Shown here piece by piece: positions 31,589 to 42,690 of a stretch of DNA of 64,000 bases. The stretch covers positions 4,320,001-4,384,000 of the forward strand of contig OY730476.1 in assembly GCA_963422735.1 (NCBI GenBank). The letters run 5' to 3'. The notes under the pieces were generated by a model, which worked only from the letters and a program-made list of their open reading frames with translations, did not search any database and was not told the DNA's origin. How positions within the stretch are numbered: position 1 is the stretch's first letter; each line of letters opens with the position of its first letter. The stretch comes from Candidatus Latescibacterota bacterium. GTDB taxonomy: Bacteria; Latescibacterota; UBA2968; UBA8231. The translations under genes were made by a program, and so were the position numbers.

Positions 31589-32851
31589 TTAGCCGGTAAA
31601 ACGACCAAATACCAGTGCCGCGTTGTGGCCGCCAAAGCCAAAGGAATTGTTGAGGGCGTAGTTTACCTCCTGCACGCGGCGCGCCTTGTTGGGCACGTAG
31701 TCGAGGTCGCATTCGGGGTCGGGGTTTTCGTAGTTGATCGTCGGCGGTAGGACCCCGCTTTTGAGTGCCATGATGCAGGCGATGCTCTCGATGGCTCCGG
31801 CTGCGCCCAACAGATGCCCGGTCATCGACTTGGTCGAACTCACGGCCACGCGGTCGATGTGGCCGGCAAAAACCGCCTTGAGCGCCGCAGTCTCCTGCTG
31901 GTCGCCCATGGGCGTCGAGGTGCCGTGGGCATTGACGTAGCCGATGTCGCTTGGTTCCAAGCCCCCGTCCTGCAGCGCAATGCGTATGGCCCGCGCCCCG
32001 CCTTCTGCCTTTGGTGCCATCGCCGTCTGGTGATAGGCGTCGGCGGTAAAACCTAGCCCGAGGAATTCTCCATAGATCTCGGCCCCGCGCCTTTGGGCGT
32101 GCTCCAATTCCTCCAAGATGACGGCCCCGGCCCCTTCGCCGAGCACGAAGCCATCGCGCTCGGCGTCAAAGGGCCGGCTAGCCCGCTCGGGCTCGTCGTT
32201 GCGCGTCGATAGGGCTTTGGCCGAGGAAAAACCAGCCATGGAAATAGGGGTGACGGCCGCTTCCGAGCCGCCGGTCACCATCACGTCGGCTTCCCCGTAC
32301 TGGATCTTGCGCGCTGACTCGCCGAGGGCGTGGGCAGCCGACGAACAGGCCGACACCGTGGCGTAGTTAGGCCCTTTGGCCCCCAATTCCATGGAGATCA
32401 CGCCCGGGGCCATGTCGGAAATCATCATGGGCACGTAGAACGGGCTGATGCGCCTAGGCCCTTTCTCCAACAGGATGGTGTGCTGATCTTCGTGGGTCTG
32501 AATCCCGCCGATGCCCGAGCCCCAGATGACGCCCACGCGCTCGGGGTCAACCGCTTCCATATCGAGCCGGGCGCGGTCGGCCGCCTCCTTGGCCACGCAG
32601 ACCGCGTAGTGCGTGAAGGCATCGTTGCGGCGCACATCCTTGCGGTCCATAGCCGCCTCCGGATCGAAATCCTTGACCTCGGCAGCGATCGCAGCCCGGT
32701 GTTGGGAAGTGTCGAACTTGGTGATCGGCCCGACCCCAGAGCGGCCGACTAACAGCGCGTCCCAGAACGCCGGCAGGTCGTTGCCATTGGGTGCTAAGAC
32801 CCCCAAGCCCGTAACGACGGCTCTGCGCCTTTGCACTAGACTTCTGCTCAC
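31589..32851 (-). CDS. fabF: beta-ketoacyl-ACP synthase II
   Basis: [27 protein letters not shown]. Confidence 0.96.
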   Translation of the reverse strand: MSRSLVQRRRAVVTGLGVLAPNGNDLPAFWDALLVGRSGVGPITKFDTSQHRAAIAAEVKDFDPEAAMDRKDVRRNDAFTHYAVCVAKEAADRARLDMEAVDPERVGVIWGSGIGGIQTHEDQHTILLEKGPRRISPFYVPMMISDMAPGVISMELGAKGPNYATVSACSSAAHALGESARKIQYGEADVMVTGGSEAAVTPISMAGFSSAKALSTRNDEPERASRPFDAERDGFVLGEGAGAVILEELEHAQRRGAEIYGEFLGLGFTADAYHQTAMAPKAEGGARAIRIALQDGGLEPSDIGYVNAHGTSTPMGDQQETAALKAVFAGHIDRVAVSSTKSMTGHLLGAAGAIESIACIMALKSGVLPPTINYENPDPECDLDYVPNKARRVQEVNYALNNSFGFGGHNAALVFGRFTG

Positions 32852-33087
32852 GCCTTGCTGTTTTCTTCTAGGTACTTAATCGCGTCGGCTACGACTACCA
32901 TCTTCTCGGCGTCCTCGTCCGGGATGTCGATCCCGAATTCCTCCTCAAAGGCCATGACCAGCTCGACGGTATCGAGCGAATCGGCCCCCAAGTCGTCGAT
33001 GAAAGATGCTTGGGGATTTACTTGATCTTGGCTCACGCCGAGTTGCTCAACGACTAGGTCTCTCACGCGCTCTTCAATAGAAGCCAT
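32848..33087 (-). CDS. acpP: acyl carrier protein
   Basis: [14 protein letters not shown]. Confidence 0.97.
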   Translation of the reverse strand: MASIEERVRDLVVEQLGVSQDQVNPQASFIDDLGADSLDTVELVMAFEEEFGIDIPDEDAEKMVVVADAIKYLEENSKA

Positions 33088-33204
33088 GGTGTGTTCCTCT
33101 TGGGATAGGAGTAAACAGTTTTACCGCTGCGGCTAATGGCCTGCGGTCTTAAAATTAGGGTTTAAATATAGACGATTAGACGATGGGCAGTTTTTTGTTA
33201 GCCA

Positions 33205-33951
33205 TCACATGGCCATGCCGCCGTCCACCGACAAGACCTGACCGGTGATATAGGCGGCTTGATCCGACGCTAGAAACGCCACGGCATGGGCCACGTCTTC
33301 CGGCGTCCCCGCTCGGCCCAGCGGCACGGTGGCAATCATCTGTTCCCGCTGCTGCTCGGTCAACCCGTCCGTCATGCCCGTTTCCGGCACCAGCCCCGGG
33401 GCCACGGCATTGGCGGTGATCCCGCGCGAGGCCAGCTCCCGCGCCAAGCTCTTGGTTAGGCCGATCAACCCGGCCTTGGACGCGGCGTAGTTGGCTTGGC
33501 CGGCATTGCCCAGCAAACCCACGACCGAAGTGATATTGACGATCCGCCCGCCGCGGGCCTTGAGCATGGGGCGCACCGCCGCCCGGACGCAGTTGAAGGA
33601 ACCCTTGAGGTTGATCGCCAAGACCTCGTCCCAATCCTCCTCCTTCATCCGCATCAGCAAATTGTCGCGAGTGACGCCGGCGTTATTGACCAGCACGTCC
33701 AGGCGGCCCAACTCCGCAATCGTCGCCGCTACCAACTCGGCCGCCTGCTCGGCGTCGGCCACATCGGCTTGATGCACGAGGCAACGGCGACCTAGGCCCT
33801 CAATGGCCGCGGCTACTTCGCCGGCCGCGGCGGCGTTGCGGGCGCAGATCGCCAAGTCTGCGCCCTCTGCGGCCAAGCGCAGGGCAATGGCCCGACCAAT
33901 GCCCCGCGACCCACCCGTCACTAGCGCGACTTTTCCGCCCAAGAGTCCCAT
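33205..33951 (-). CDS. fabG: 3-oxoacyl-ACP reductase
   Basis: TGGSRGIG, NNAGVTRD, YAASK. Confidence 0.95.
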   Translation of the reverse strand: MGLLGGKVALVTGGSRGIGRAIALRLAAEGADLAICARNAAAAGEVAAAIEGLGRRCLVHQADVADAEQAAELVAATIAELGRLDVLVNNAGVTRDNLLMRMKEEDWDEVLAINLKGSFNCVRAAVRPMLKARGGRIVNITSVVGLLGNAGQANYAASKAGLIGLTKSLARELASRGITANAVAPGLVPETGMTDGLTEQQREQMIATVPLGRAGTPEDVAHAVAFLASDQAAYITGQVLSVDGGMAM

Positions 33952-33952
33952 A

Positions 33953-34882
33953 TTACTCCGCTCCTTTGGCGGCGGCGATTTCTTCCACGGTACCCGCAAG
34001 TGCGACCGCGAGCTTGGGCGCGGTGCGACGCATCAGCCCCCTTAGCACAGCCCCCGGCCCTACTTCAAAAGCGCGGTTGATACCCATGGCTACCAGCCGG
34101 TGCATAGTCGCGTTCCAGCGAACCGGGCCCGTGATCTGCTGGATTAGGTGCCGCCGCAGTTTTTCTGGGTCTTCCACGGGCGCCGCCGAGACATTGGTCA
34201 ACACTGGTACGCGCGGCCGCGCAAAGGGCACCGCCTGTAACAGCGACTCCATCTCCACGGCCGCCGACGCCATAAGCGGCGAGTGAAAAGCCCCGCTGAC
34301 AGCCAATTCGACCACGCGCCTAGCGCCGGCTTGGCTGGCCAACTCGCTCAGCCGTGCCACAGCGGCTCGCTCACCCGACACCACGACTTGGCCGTCAGCG
34401 TTAAAATTGGCAGCTACGACGATCCCGGCATCCGCGGCCTGTTGGCACAAAGCTACGACGTGGTCGTCGTCTAAACCGATCACCGCCCCCATCGCCCCCG
34501 GCCACTCGCGGCCAGCTTCCTGCATCAACCGACCGCGCGTACCCACGAGCGTCAGGGCCTCCGCAAAGGAGAGCACTCCGGCCGACACCAGCGCCGAGTA
34601 TTCCCCGAGACTGTGTCCGGCTACAGCTACAGGCTGTAGTCTGGCAGCGGCGAGCAACTCGCTGACGGCGACGCTGTGGACGAAGACGGCCGGCTGCGTA
34701 ACGTTGGTTTGCGCCAGTTGCTCGGCCAGTCCCTCAAAGCAAAGCGCACTGAGCGCAAAACCCAGCACCTCGTCGGCCTCGGCAAAGCGCGCACGCACCG
34801 ACTCGTGCTGCTCGTAGAGGTCGCGGGCCATGCCCACGGCCTGCGAACCCTGTCCCGGAAATAAAAAGGCGTGCCCGCCCAT
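33953..34882 (-). CDS. fabD: malonyl-CoA:ACP transacylase
   Basis: FPGQGSQ, GHSLGE, SGAFHS. Confidence 0.95.
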   Translation of the reverse strand: MGGHAFLFPGQGSQAVGMARDLYEQHESVRARFAEADEVLGFALSALCFEGLAEQLAQTNVTQPAVFVHSVAVSELLAAARLQPVAVAGHSLGEYSALVSAGVLSFAEALTLVGTRGRLMQEAGREWPGAMGAVIGLDDDHVVALCQQAADAGIVVAANFNADGQVVVSGERAAVARLSELASQAGARRVVELAVSGAFHSPLMASAAVEMESLLQAVPFARPRVPVLTNVSAAPVEDPEKLRRHLIQQITGPVRWNATMHRLVAMGINRAFEVGPGAVLRGLMRRTAPKLAVALAGTVEEIAAAKGAE

Positions 34883-34883
34883 C

Positions 34884-35888
<1,005 letters not shown>

Positions 35889-35910
35889 GCAATCATCCGC
35901 CCCGAGCAGC

Positions 35911-36093
35911 CTACACTTCAGGCTCGACGTATTCGCGGCCTCGGTAGAAGCCGCAGCTCGGGCAGACGCGATGGGGCAAGGCGGGCTGTCCGCAGTGGGA
36001 GCAAGTGGTCCTCGCCGCTGCCTTGATCTTCCAGTGAGTGCGCCGCTTGTCGCGGCGAGTGCGCGAAATTCTCCTCTTAGGTACTGCAGCCAC
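35911..36093 (-). CDS. rpmF: 50S ribosomal protein L32
   Basis: AVPKRRISRTRRDKRR, CxxC...HRVCxxCG.Y. Confidence 0.95.
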   Translation of the reverse strand: MAAVPKRRISRTRRDKRRTHWKIKAAARTTCSHCGQPALPHRVCPSCGFYRGREYVEPEV

Positions 36094-36105
36094 GGGGAAC
36101 TCCTC

Positions 36106-36645
36106 TCAAGAGCCTTCTTTGGGTTGCGAAAATTCGATCTGCGCGAGTGCCGCCCAACGCGGGTCGGCTCCTTTTTCTCCTTCGGTGGTAGGTTTGTCGG
36201 CCCCGTCAACTCCGCAGTGCGGGCATCGCCCGTCGGCGTCCGGGGTGGGTATTCGCATCGGCAAGTCCAAGATCACGGCCTCGCGGATGTACGCACACAA
36301 ATCGACCTCGCGCGTCCCCGGATCGACGATATCGATAAATCCGTCTTTTTCTGCCGACGCCAACTCTTCGGGGATCGCGTGGCGGCGCTGCAGGAGCAAG
36401 CGAAACCGCGCTGCGACCTCTTCTTGTATTTCCTCTAGGCAGCGATAGCACTCGCCGGCGATGCGGCAAGTGACGACCCCGTCAATCCTGAAGTTGTCGA
36501 GGGCACGCCGCACCTCGACGCGGGCTTCAACGATGGAGGGAAAGGCGAAAAATTCGTCCTTTAGCCCCAGTTCCTCTGCGCACAGTTCAAAGACGAGCGC
36601 ATTGGGCCCCTCTGCGAGGTCGTCGAGTACTAACGAGGTGCCCAT
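36106..36645 (-). CDS. yceD: DUF177/YceD family protein
   Basis: ECYRCLE, DPRWAAL; conserved position before rpmF. Confidence 0.88.
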   Translation of the reverse strand: MGTSLVLDDLAEGPNALVFELCAEELGLKDEFFAFPSIVEARVEVRRALDNFRIDGVVTCRIAGECYRCLEEIQEEVAARFRLLLQRRHAIPEELASAEKDGFIDIVDPGTREVDLCAYIREAVILDLPMRIPTPDADGRCPHCGVDGADKPTTEGEKGADPRWAALAQIEFSQPKEGS

Positions 36646-36651
36646 GGCGTC

Positions 36652-37053
36652 TCAGTCGGCAAAGAAAAACGCGATCTCGGACTCGGCGTTGGCCGCTGAG
36701 TCCGAGGCGTGGACGGCATTGCACTGCACGTCCGTGCCAAAGTCGCCGCGAATTGTGCCGGCGGGTGCCTCGAGGCTGTTGGTCGGACCGATAAAAGCGC
36801 GCAGATGCGCTACCGCATCGGAGCGCTCTAGCACCATGGGCACGGCCGGCCCCGAGGTCATAAATCCCACTAGTTCGCCGTAAAAAGGCCGCTCCCGATG
36901 CACGGCGTAGAAAGCCCTCGCTTGGTCAACGGATAGCTCAACCATGTGCAGGGCGCACACGACAAACCCCTCGCCCTCGACGCGGGCAATAATTTGGCCG
37001 ATGGCGTTTTTGGCGACCGCATCGGGCTTGATAATCATCAACGTGCGTTCCAT
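36652..37053 (-). CDS. ndk: nucleoside diphosphate kinase
   Basis: ERTLMIIKPDA, GTIRGDFG, NAVHASDS. Confidence 0.97.
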   Translation of the reverse strand: MERTLMIIKPDAVAKNAIGQIIARVEGEGFVVCALHMVELSVDQARAFYAVHRERPFYGELVGFMTSGPAVPMVLERSDAVAHLRAFIGPTNSLEAPAGTIRGDFGTDVQCNAVHASDSAANAESEIAFFFAD

Positions 37054-37111
37054 GAGATGTAGAATCTTATTTCCTTAGCAAGTTGTGTCCCCTAGTCAAA
37101 CAAAATTTTTT

Positions 37112-37140
37112 AAGATAGGAGCCAATCGGTTTTGTGTCAA
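37112..37140 (-). promoter_or_regulatory. sigma70-like promoter for the ndk-yceD-rpmF-fab operon
   Basis: TTGACA-17 bp-TATCTT on the minus strand. Confidence 0.6.
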
Positions 37141-37203
37141 TGGACGTCCCGCGCAACAAAATGCCCTAAGTATCGCTTTCATAATGAGTTCGGCACACAT
37201 TTC

Positions 37204-37232
37204 TTGACAGGGTAACAGGCCCCCCCTAGATT
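37204..37232 (+). promoter_or_regulatory. sigma70-like promoter for the HD gene
   Basis: TTGACA-17 bp-TAGATT, ending 10 nt before ATG 37243. Confidence 0.6.
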
Positions 37233-37242
37233 GGCCGACGCT

Positions 37243-38586
37243 ATGAATCATCCGCTTTTAGCCGAAGAAGGCAAGGCCATCCGCGACCCTGTTTGGGGCT
37301 ACATTCACTTTCCCGATCCCGTCCTCGCCCTCGTCGATACCCCGGCCTTCCAGCGTCTGCGCAATATATCCCAGCTCGGCTATGTGCATCTGGTGTACCC
37401 AGGGGCGCGCCACTCGCGCTTTGAGCACTCGCTGGGCGTCTATCACTTGGCCAAGCAGTTCTTGGCTCGTCTCCTCGACTCGGACCCGCCCCTAGTGCTG
37501 AGCGACGAGGACATACGCGTCTTCATCGCCGCCACTTTGCTTCACGACATCGGCCACTACCCCTTCTCGCATACCCTCGAAGAACTAAGGCCCTTTTTCA
37601 TCCGGCACGAAGAAGGGGCCAGGCAGATCATCGAGGACCAAGACGGCGAACTCTACCAGACTATCGCCGATAAGTTCCAGATTGATCCGGTGCGGGTAGC
37701 CAACGTCATCGACTACGAAAACAGCGGCCTCGTGGTTTCCCCCGAGGACCTGCTGCTGGCCAATATCCTCAGCAGCACCCTCGACCCCGACAAAATCGAC
37801 TATCTCCTGCGCGATTCCATGTTTTGCGGCGTACCCTTCGGCGAGAGCGTCAACCGCGATCGCTTAATCGCCTCCATCAAATTCGACCCTCAGCGCAAGC
37901 GGCTGGCCATCACCAGCAAGGGCGTCTCCGCCGTCGAAGCCCTAGTTTTTACCAACTACCAGATGTACCGCAACGTGTACTGGCACCACGGGGTGCGCTC
38001 GGCGTCGGCCATGTTCAAGCGCGCCGTGCAAGAGATCCTCCTCGACCCGCACAACCGACTCGACTTCTCCGATTTCCACCGCCTCACCGAGAGTGGGCTG
38101 CTTGCTCGCCTCCAGCGCGAACAGGAGCGCCTAGGACTGGAAACCTCCGCCCAGCTCCTCGAAGGCACGACCCACCGCCGCCTCTACAAGGTCGGTGCCG
38201 TCATCCATCCCAGCGAGCGCACCCAGCCCCTGATGCACCACCTCGACTTTCTCTTCCGCCATCCCTACAAGCGCCGCGCCAAGGAAACCGAGCTTTGCCA
38301 GGTTTTCGGCCAGCGGCTTGGCCGCCCGCTCCAAGGCCACGAGATCCTCATCGACATTCCCAGCTTCAACAAGACCCCGGAAGTCGATCTCAGGGTCTTC
38401 TACGGCCGCCCGCTCCCCGCCGACAAGACCGATCCCCTGACCTTTGCCGATCCAGAGGTCTCCCGCCTGCGCGACTCGTTGCTGCACAACTTCGAGGACC
38501 AAGCCAAAATTTTCCGCATCTTCTGCATGGACGACCCCGACCTACGGGAGCTGGTGGGCAAAGAGGCCAAGCAGTATCTCAGTTGA
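37243..38586 (+). CDS. HD-domain phosphohydrolase (dNTPase/SAMHD1-like family)
   Basis: IRDPVWG, FQRLR.ISQLG, HSRFEHSLG, LLHDIGH, DKIDYLLRD. Confidence 0.88.
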   Translation: MNHPLLAEEGKAIRDPVWGYIHFPDPVLALVDTPAFQRLRNISQLGYVHLVYPGARHSRFEHSLGVYHLAKQFLARLLDSDPPLVLSDEDIRVFIAATLLHDIGHYPFSHTLEELRPFFIRHEEGARQIIEDQDGELYQTIADKFQIDPVRVANVIDYENSGLVVSPEDLLLANILSSTLDPDKIDYLLRDSMFCGVPFGESVNRDRLIASIKFDPQRKRLAITSKGVSAVEALVFTNYQMYRNVYWHHGVRSASAMFKRAVQEILLDPHNRLDFSDFHRLTESGLLARLQREQERLGLETSAQLLEGTTHRRLYKVGAVIHPSERTQPLMHHLDFLFRHPYKRRAKETELCQVFGQRLGRPLQGHEILIDIPSFNKTPEVDLRVFYGRPLPADKTDPLTFADPEVSRLRDSLLHNFEDQAKIFRIFCMDDPDLRELVGKEAKQYLS

Positions 38587-38688
38587 CGAGCTGTATTGTA
38601 TATCCTCTTTGGTGTACTGAGGCCGATGTAGGAACCCCACACTACAGAATTTGTCTGTAAGAGGCAGGACCGAGGAAGGAATGCAGCC

Positions 38689-39261
38689 ATGACCTCAAAA
38701 AAAGCCAGCACTTTTGCATTGGGCATCATCGTCCTATGTACCCTATCTGGAGAGACGCAAGAAAGCGATTCCAGCGTCAGTACTGTTTCTGTTTCGTCTG
38801 ATGACGTCGCCGCGGATGATGCGAAACGGCTGGGACTCGTCGTCACTGATCCGGAGGCGACAGTAGGGTTGGGCACGGATAACTACGAGTTGAGCGTCGC
38901 GGCGATAATAAGGGATACGCTCGCCGTTACGGTGTCGTACAGCGGTGGATGTGCAGATCACCTATTTGCGTTGGACGCCTCCGCGGCCTTCTTGGAATCC
39001 CACCCGGTGCAACTCGAGGTCACTCTTGCCCACAATGCCAACGGCGACACTTGCGAGGCGTGGTTAATTCAAGACTATTTCTTCCCTCTCGCTCCGCTTA
39101 AGACGCGCTACCAAGAAGAGTACCAGCAGGATTCGGGCGCAATTGTACTGCGGCTCGCCGGGGGCCCCAGTGATCTCGTCTACGAGCTTACCCATGCCGA
39201 CGGGACGACCGCAGAGAAGCCCGTCTCTTGGGGGCGGATCAAGGATCACCTGAGCAAATAA
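38689..39261 (+). CDS. secreted hypothetical protein with C-terminal SWGRIK motif
   Basis: Signal-like N-terminus; YSGGC...HNANGDTCEA; ends TTAEKPVSWGRIKDHLSK. Confidence 0.7.
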   Translation: MTSKKASTFALGIIVLCTLSGETQESDSSVSTVSVSSDDVAADDAKRLGLVVTDPEATVGLGTDNYELSVAAIIRDTLAVTVSYSGGCADHLFALDASAAFLESHPVQLEVTLAHNANGDTCEAWLIQDYFFPLAPLKTRYQEEYQQDSGAIVLRLAGGPSDLVYELTHADGTTAEKPVSWGRIKDHLSK

Positions 39262-39338
39262 CGCTTGGGTTTGAAGCTAGTGTTTCTTGCGGATCTAACA
39301 TCAGATGTTAAATTTGCAAAAAATAGGTCTCGCATAGT

Positions 39339-39605
39339 ATGCCCTATCTCAAGCGCCATTTGACGCAAACCATCCTTCGGGCCGCCGCAACCTTTCCCGC
39401 CGTGCTGATCACCGGTGCGCGGCAGACGGGCAAAACCACCCAGTTGCTCCGAGAGTTCGGCGCTTCCCACCGCTATCTCTCGCTCGAACGCCCCGACATC
39501 CGGGCGCGTACCCAAGCTGATCTAATCGACCTCCTCGCCGAGGCCGCCGCACCGGCGATCCTCGACGAGATCCAATACGCGCTGTCGCGGCGGAGAGCGG
39601 CATAA
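39339..39605 (+). pseudogene. truncated AAA_14 (DUF4143-associated) ATPase
   Basis: GARQTGKTT and ILDEIQY, then an early stop at 88 aa. Confidence 0.75.
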
Positions 39606-39616
39606 TAGGAGCACAG

Positions 39617-40417
39617 GTGATGGGACAAGCAATGACGGAGAAAGAGATCGAGGCCGTCCTCCGGGAGGTCACAGACGAGGAGGTGGCCTTCTACCACGAA
39701 TACGGCTGGGTTATGATGCCGCGGCTCGTCGCTCCTGAGTTCGCCGCACAGCTCCTGCGCGTCGGACGGGAGTGGGCCGATCGCAACAGCCAAGAGGTTG
39801 GTCCCGGCAAGCCGATCGCCGGCCTGGCTCGGAATCAAGAGACCGAGCCGTTTCGTTCATTCATGTTCAGCGAGCGCATGGCACGGAACGCGACACGCCT
39901 CGTGAACAGGAAGCGGCTCAAGGGTGTGGACGTTCCGCTCCGCTACCGCGTGGATATCCTCTTAAAAAAGCCCCCCGGAGCAGCCGGGTCCATCTATCAC
40001 CAAGACTCGTCCGAGCATGGCTCCGACCGGGTCGGCGAGCTCCAGTTCTGGCTTGCGCTGGCGGAAGTCACACCCGGGATGGGTGCCATGCGGTTCGTCA
40101 GCCGCTCCCATCGCGAAGGACCGCTCGGTTCGGTGTTCAACGACGACCAAGGCGACCTGCTCAAGCAGTTCCCGAATCTGACGTCCGTGCTGGAGCTCTC
40201 GCCGCCCTTCCACTACCAGCCGGGAGACTGCACAGTGCATCACGGATACACCATCCACGGGGGCCCGGACAATACCACCGACAAGCCGCGCTGGTCCTAC
40301 CTCTTCTCGTACAGTCCCGCCGACACCCGCTACTGGAACGGCAGTGCCGGCAACTGGGGCAGTGAGCGGAAGCGCTTGGGTGACTCGCACAATCCCATCG
40401 TGCCCGCCGAGGCCTGA
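39617..40417 (+). CDS. phytanoyl-CoA dioxygenase (PhyH) family Fe/2OG enzyme
   Basis: YHQD, PGDCTVHHGYTIHG..N, R. Confidence 0.85.
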   Translation: MMGQAMTEKEIEAVLREVTDEEVAFYHEYGWVMMPRLVAPEFAAQLLRVGREWADRNSQEVGPGKPIAGLARNQETEPFRSFMFSERMARNATRLVNRKRLKGVDVPLRYRVDILLKKPPGAAGSIYHQDSSEHGSDRVGELQFWLALAEVTPGMGAMRFVSRSHREGPLGSVFNDDQGDLLKQFPNLTSVLELSPPFHYQPGDCTVHHGYTIHGGPDNTTDKPRWSYLFSYSPADTRYWNGSAGNWGSERKRLGDSHNPIVPAEA

Positions 40418-40419
40418 CC

Positions 40420-41145
40420 GTGAACTTTGAAGGGCACGTCGCGGTCGTCACCGGAGCCAGTCGCGGCGTCGGACGGGCAATCGCAGAGGCTCTGGAGGCG
40501 CGCGGCCTTGCCGTCGCAACCGTCGCGCGCCGCTCGGCGCGATTCACGGCGGATGTCTCGGACCCGGCCGATGTTGACCGCCTCAAAACCGCGGTCGAAG
40601 CCGAGCTCGGCCGGCCCACCGTTCTCGTCAATGCCGCCGGGGTCTTCGGCCCGATCGCCCTCATAAAGGACAGCGACCCCGAGGAATGGGTCGAAACGCT
40701 CATGATTGATGCGGTAGGCCCCTATCTGGTGTCCCGCGCGTTCCTAGGCGGAATGCTGGACGCAGGATGGGGCCGGATCGTGAGCCTTTCGTCTGCGGCG
40801 TCGCTGCACACACCTGGGCGGCTGAACAGCGCCTACGGCACTGCGAAGGTCGCTCTCAACCAGTTCACCCGACACCTTGCCGCCGAGCTGGAGGGGACGG
40901 GCGTCACGGCGAACGTCATCCATCCCGGCGACGTCAAGACCGAGATGTGGGCGGATATCCGCGACAAGATGGACACCGTCGGCGAGAGTGGCTACGACAG
41001 CTGGGTGGCGTGGGTGGAGAAAACGGGTGGGGATCCGCCGGAGAAGGCGGCCCAACTCGTGAGCAACATCATTGAGAGCGACGTCAACGGGCGCTTTCTC
41101 TGGATCGACGATCCGCTTCAGGCCCCGATCCCAAGCTGGGGTTAG
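40420..41145 (+). CDS. short-chain dehydrogenase/reductase
   Basis: TGASRGVG, NAAG, YGTAK. Confidence 0.88.
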   Translation: MNFEGHVAVVTGASRGVGRAIAEALEARGLAVATVARRSARFTADVSDPADVDRLKTAVEAELGRPTVLVNAAGVFGPIALIKDSDPEEWVETLMIDAVGPYLVSRAFLGGMLDAGWGRIVSLSSAASLHTPGRLNSAYGTAKVALNQFTRHLAAELEGTGVTANVIHPGDVKTEMWADIRDKMDTVGESGYDSWVAWVEKTGGDPPEKAAQLVSNIIESDVNGRFLWIDDPLQAPIPSWG

Positions 41146-41447
41146 GGTGCGGAGCCATCGCGGGAGTCGGAGGAGTAGGCCGGCGAAGTGAGCGGATCGA
41201 TCAGGATCTTCTTCGCGAAAGCCTTTGACGCGAACCCGTAGCGGGTGCCGCCACGATTGTCCTGTGTGAAGGGACAGCGCGGCCAGGCTCAGACGGTGTG
41301 TGCGGTCGGTCCCATACTCCACCGGCACCCGCATAGTGAACGTGCTGCCCTTTCCTACTTCGCTCTTCACTCGAATCTGACGTTAAATCTGCAAGAAATT
41401 AGTCCCTATCCCAAGCGAGAATTGGCACGAACCGTGCAAAAAAGAAA

Positions 41448-42659
41448 ATGATCCCCCACTATCCACCCCTCTACCTGCGCGCCAACAGCGAGCGCACCGT
41501 GCGCAACGGCCACCCTTGGATCTTCTCCGGCGCGGTTGAACGGCCCCCCCGAGACGCCGACACCGGCGATATCGTCGATGTCTTTGACGCCAAAGAGCGT
41601 TTCGTCTGTCGCGGGTTCTACAATCGGCGCTCGCTGATCCGCGTGCGCAGTCTTACCCAAGACCCCAGCCGCCCCATTGACGCAGCCTTTTTCAAAGAGC
41701 GCATCGCCCAAGCCATCGCCCTTCGCCGCAGTGCCGGCTTGTCTGCCCAAACCAACGCCATGCGCCTAGTCCACGGCGAAAGCGATGGCCTGCCCGGCCT
41801 AGTTGCAGACGACTACGCCGGCTATCTAGTGGTGCAATTCCACACCGCCGGCATGGAAAAGCAACGCCCCGCTGTCCTCGACGCGTTCCAAGCCCTGCTC
41901 ACCCCCCGCAGCATGTACGAGCGCAGCGATGTGGGCACTCGCCGCGCCGAGGGGTTGGACGACCGTCCCACGGGCCTACTAATGGGCGAAGAACCGCCCG
42001 AATTCGTCGAAATCGCAGAGCACGGTACGCGCCTCTACGCCGACTTCTATCGCGGCCAGAAGACCGGCTTTTTCCTCGATCAGCGCGCCAACCGCTTCTA
42101 TCTCCAGCAACTCGCCCGCGGCCAGCGCGTACTCAACCTCTTCTCCTATTCGAGCGGCTTTTCAGCCCACGCCCTCAAAGGCGGTGCCGTCCGCACCCTC
42201 GACGTCGATATATCGCCCCAAGTCGTGCCCGCCGCCCGCCGCACCCTCGCGGCCAACCGCCCCCAAGGCTCCCACGCCGACCTGTTGATCGCCGATGTCT
42301 TTCCCTTCGTGGACGAATTGGCTGACCGCGGCCCTCGCTACGATATTGTCGTCTGCGACCCTCCCTCGCTCATGCGGAAGCGCAGCCAGTACAAACAAGC
42401 CATGGGCGTCTATACCAAACTCAATCGCAACGCCTTCCGCCTGATCGCCGACGGCGGGCTGCTGGTGACGGCCTCGTGCTCAGCGCGGATTTCCCAAGAG
42501 GACTTTTTTCAAATCGTCCGCCGCGCCGCCGTTGGTGCCCGGGTCCGCACCCGCCTTCTCGCCTACAACCTGCACCCGGCCGACCATCCGATAGACCCCG
42601 CCTTCCCCGACGGGCGCTACCTCAAGTGCATCTTCGCCCGCGTCTTTCGCCCATCTTGA
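41448..42659 (+). CDS. rlmI: RlmI/RlmK-family rRNA methyltransferase
   Basis: GHPWIFSG PUA domain, GESDGLPGL, GQKTGFFLDQR, DPP, YLK. Confidence 0.85.
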   Translation: MIPHYPPLYLRANSERTVRNGHPWIFSGAVERPPRDADTGDIVDVFDAKERFVCRGFYNRRSLIRVRSLTQDPSRPIDAAFFKERIAQAIALRRSAGLSAQTNAMRLVHGESDGLPGLVADDYAGYLVVQFHTAGMEKQRPAVLDAFQALLTPRSMYERSDVGTRRAEGLDDRPTGLLMGEEPPEFVEIAEHGTRLYADFYRGQKTGFFLDQRANRFYLQQLARGQRVLNLFSYSSGFSAHALKGGAVRTLDVDISPQVVPAARRTLAANRPQGSHADLLIADVFPFVDELADRGPRYDIVVCDPPSLMRKRSQYKQAMGVYTKLNRNAFRLIADGGLLVTASCSARISQEDFFQIVRRAAVGARVRTRLLAYNLHPADHPIDPAFPDGRYLKCIFARVFRPS

Positions 42660-42690
42660 TGCCGCCGGGCGAAAGGAGACCTATCTATAT

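Noticed and set aside
37243-38586. Anti-phage dGTPase
   Set aside because: Generic HD/dNTPase-like family, host-like GC and housekeeping context; no support for a defence role.
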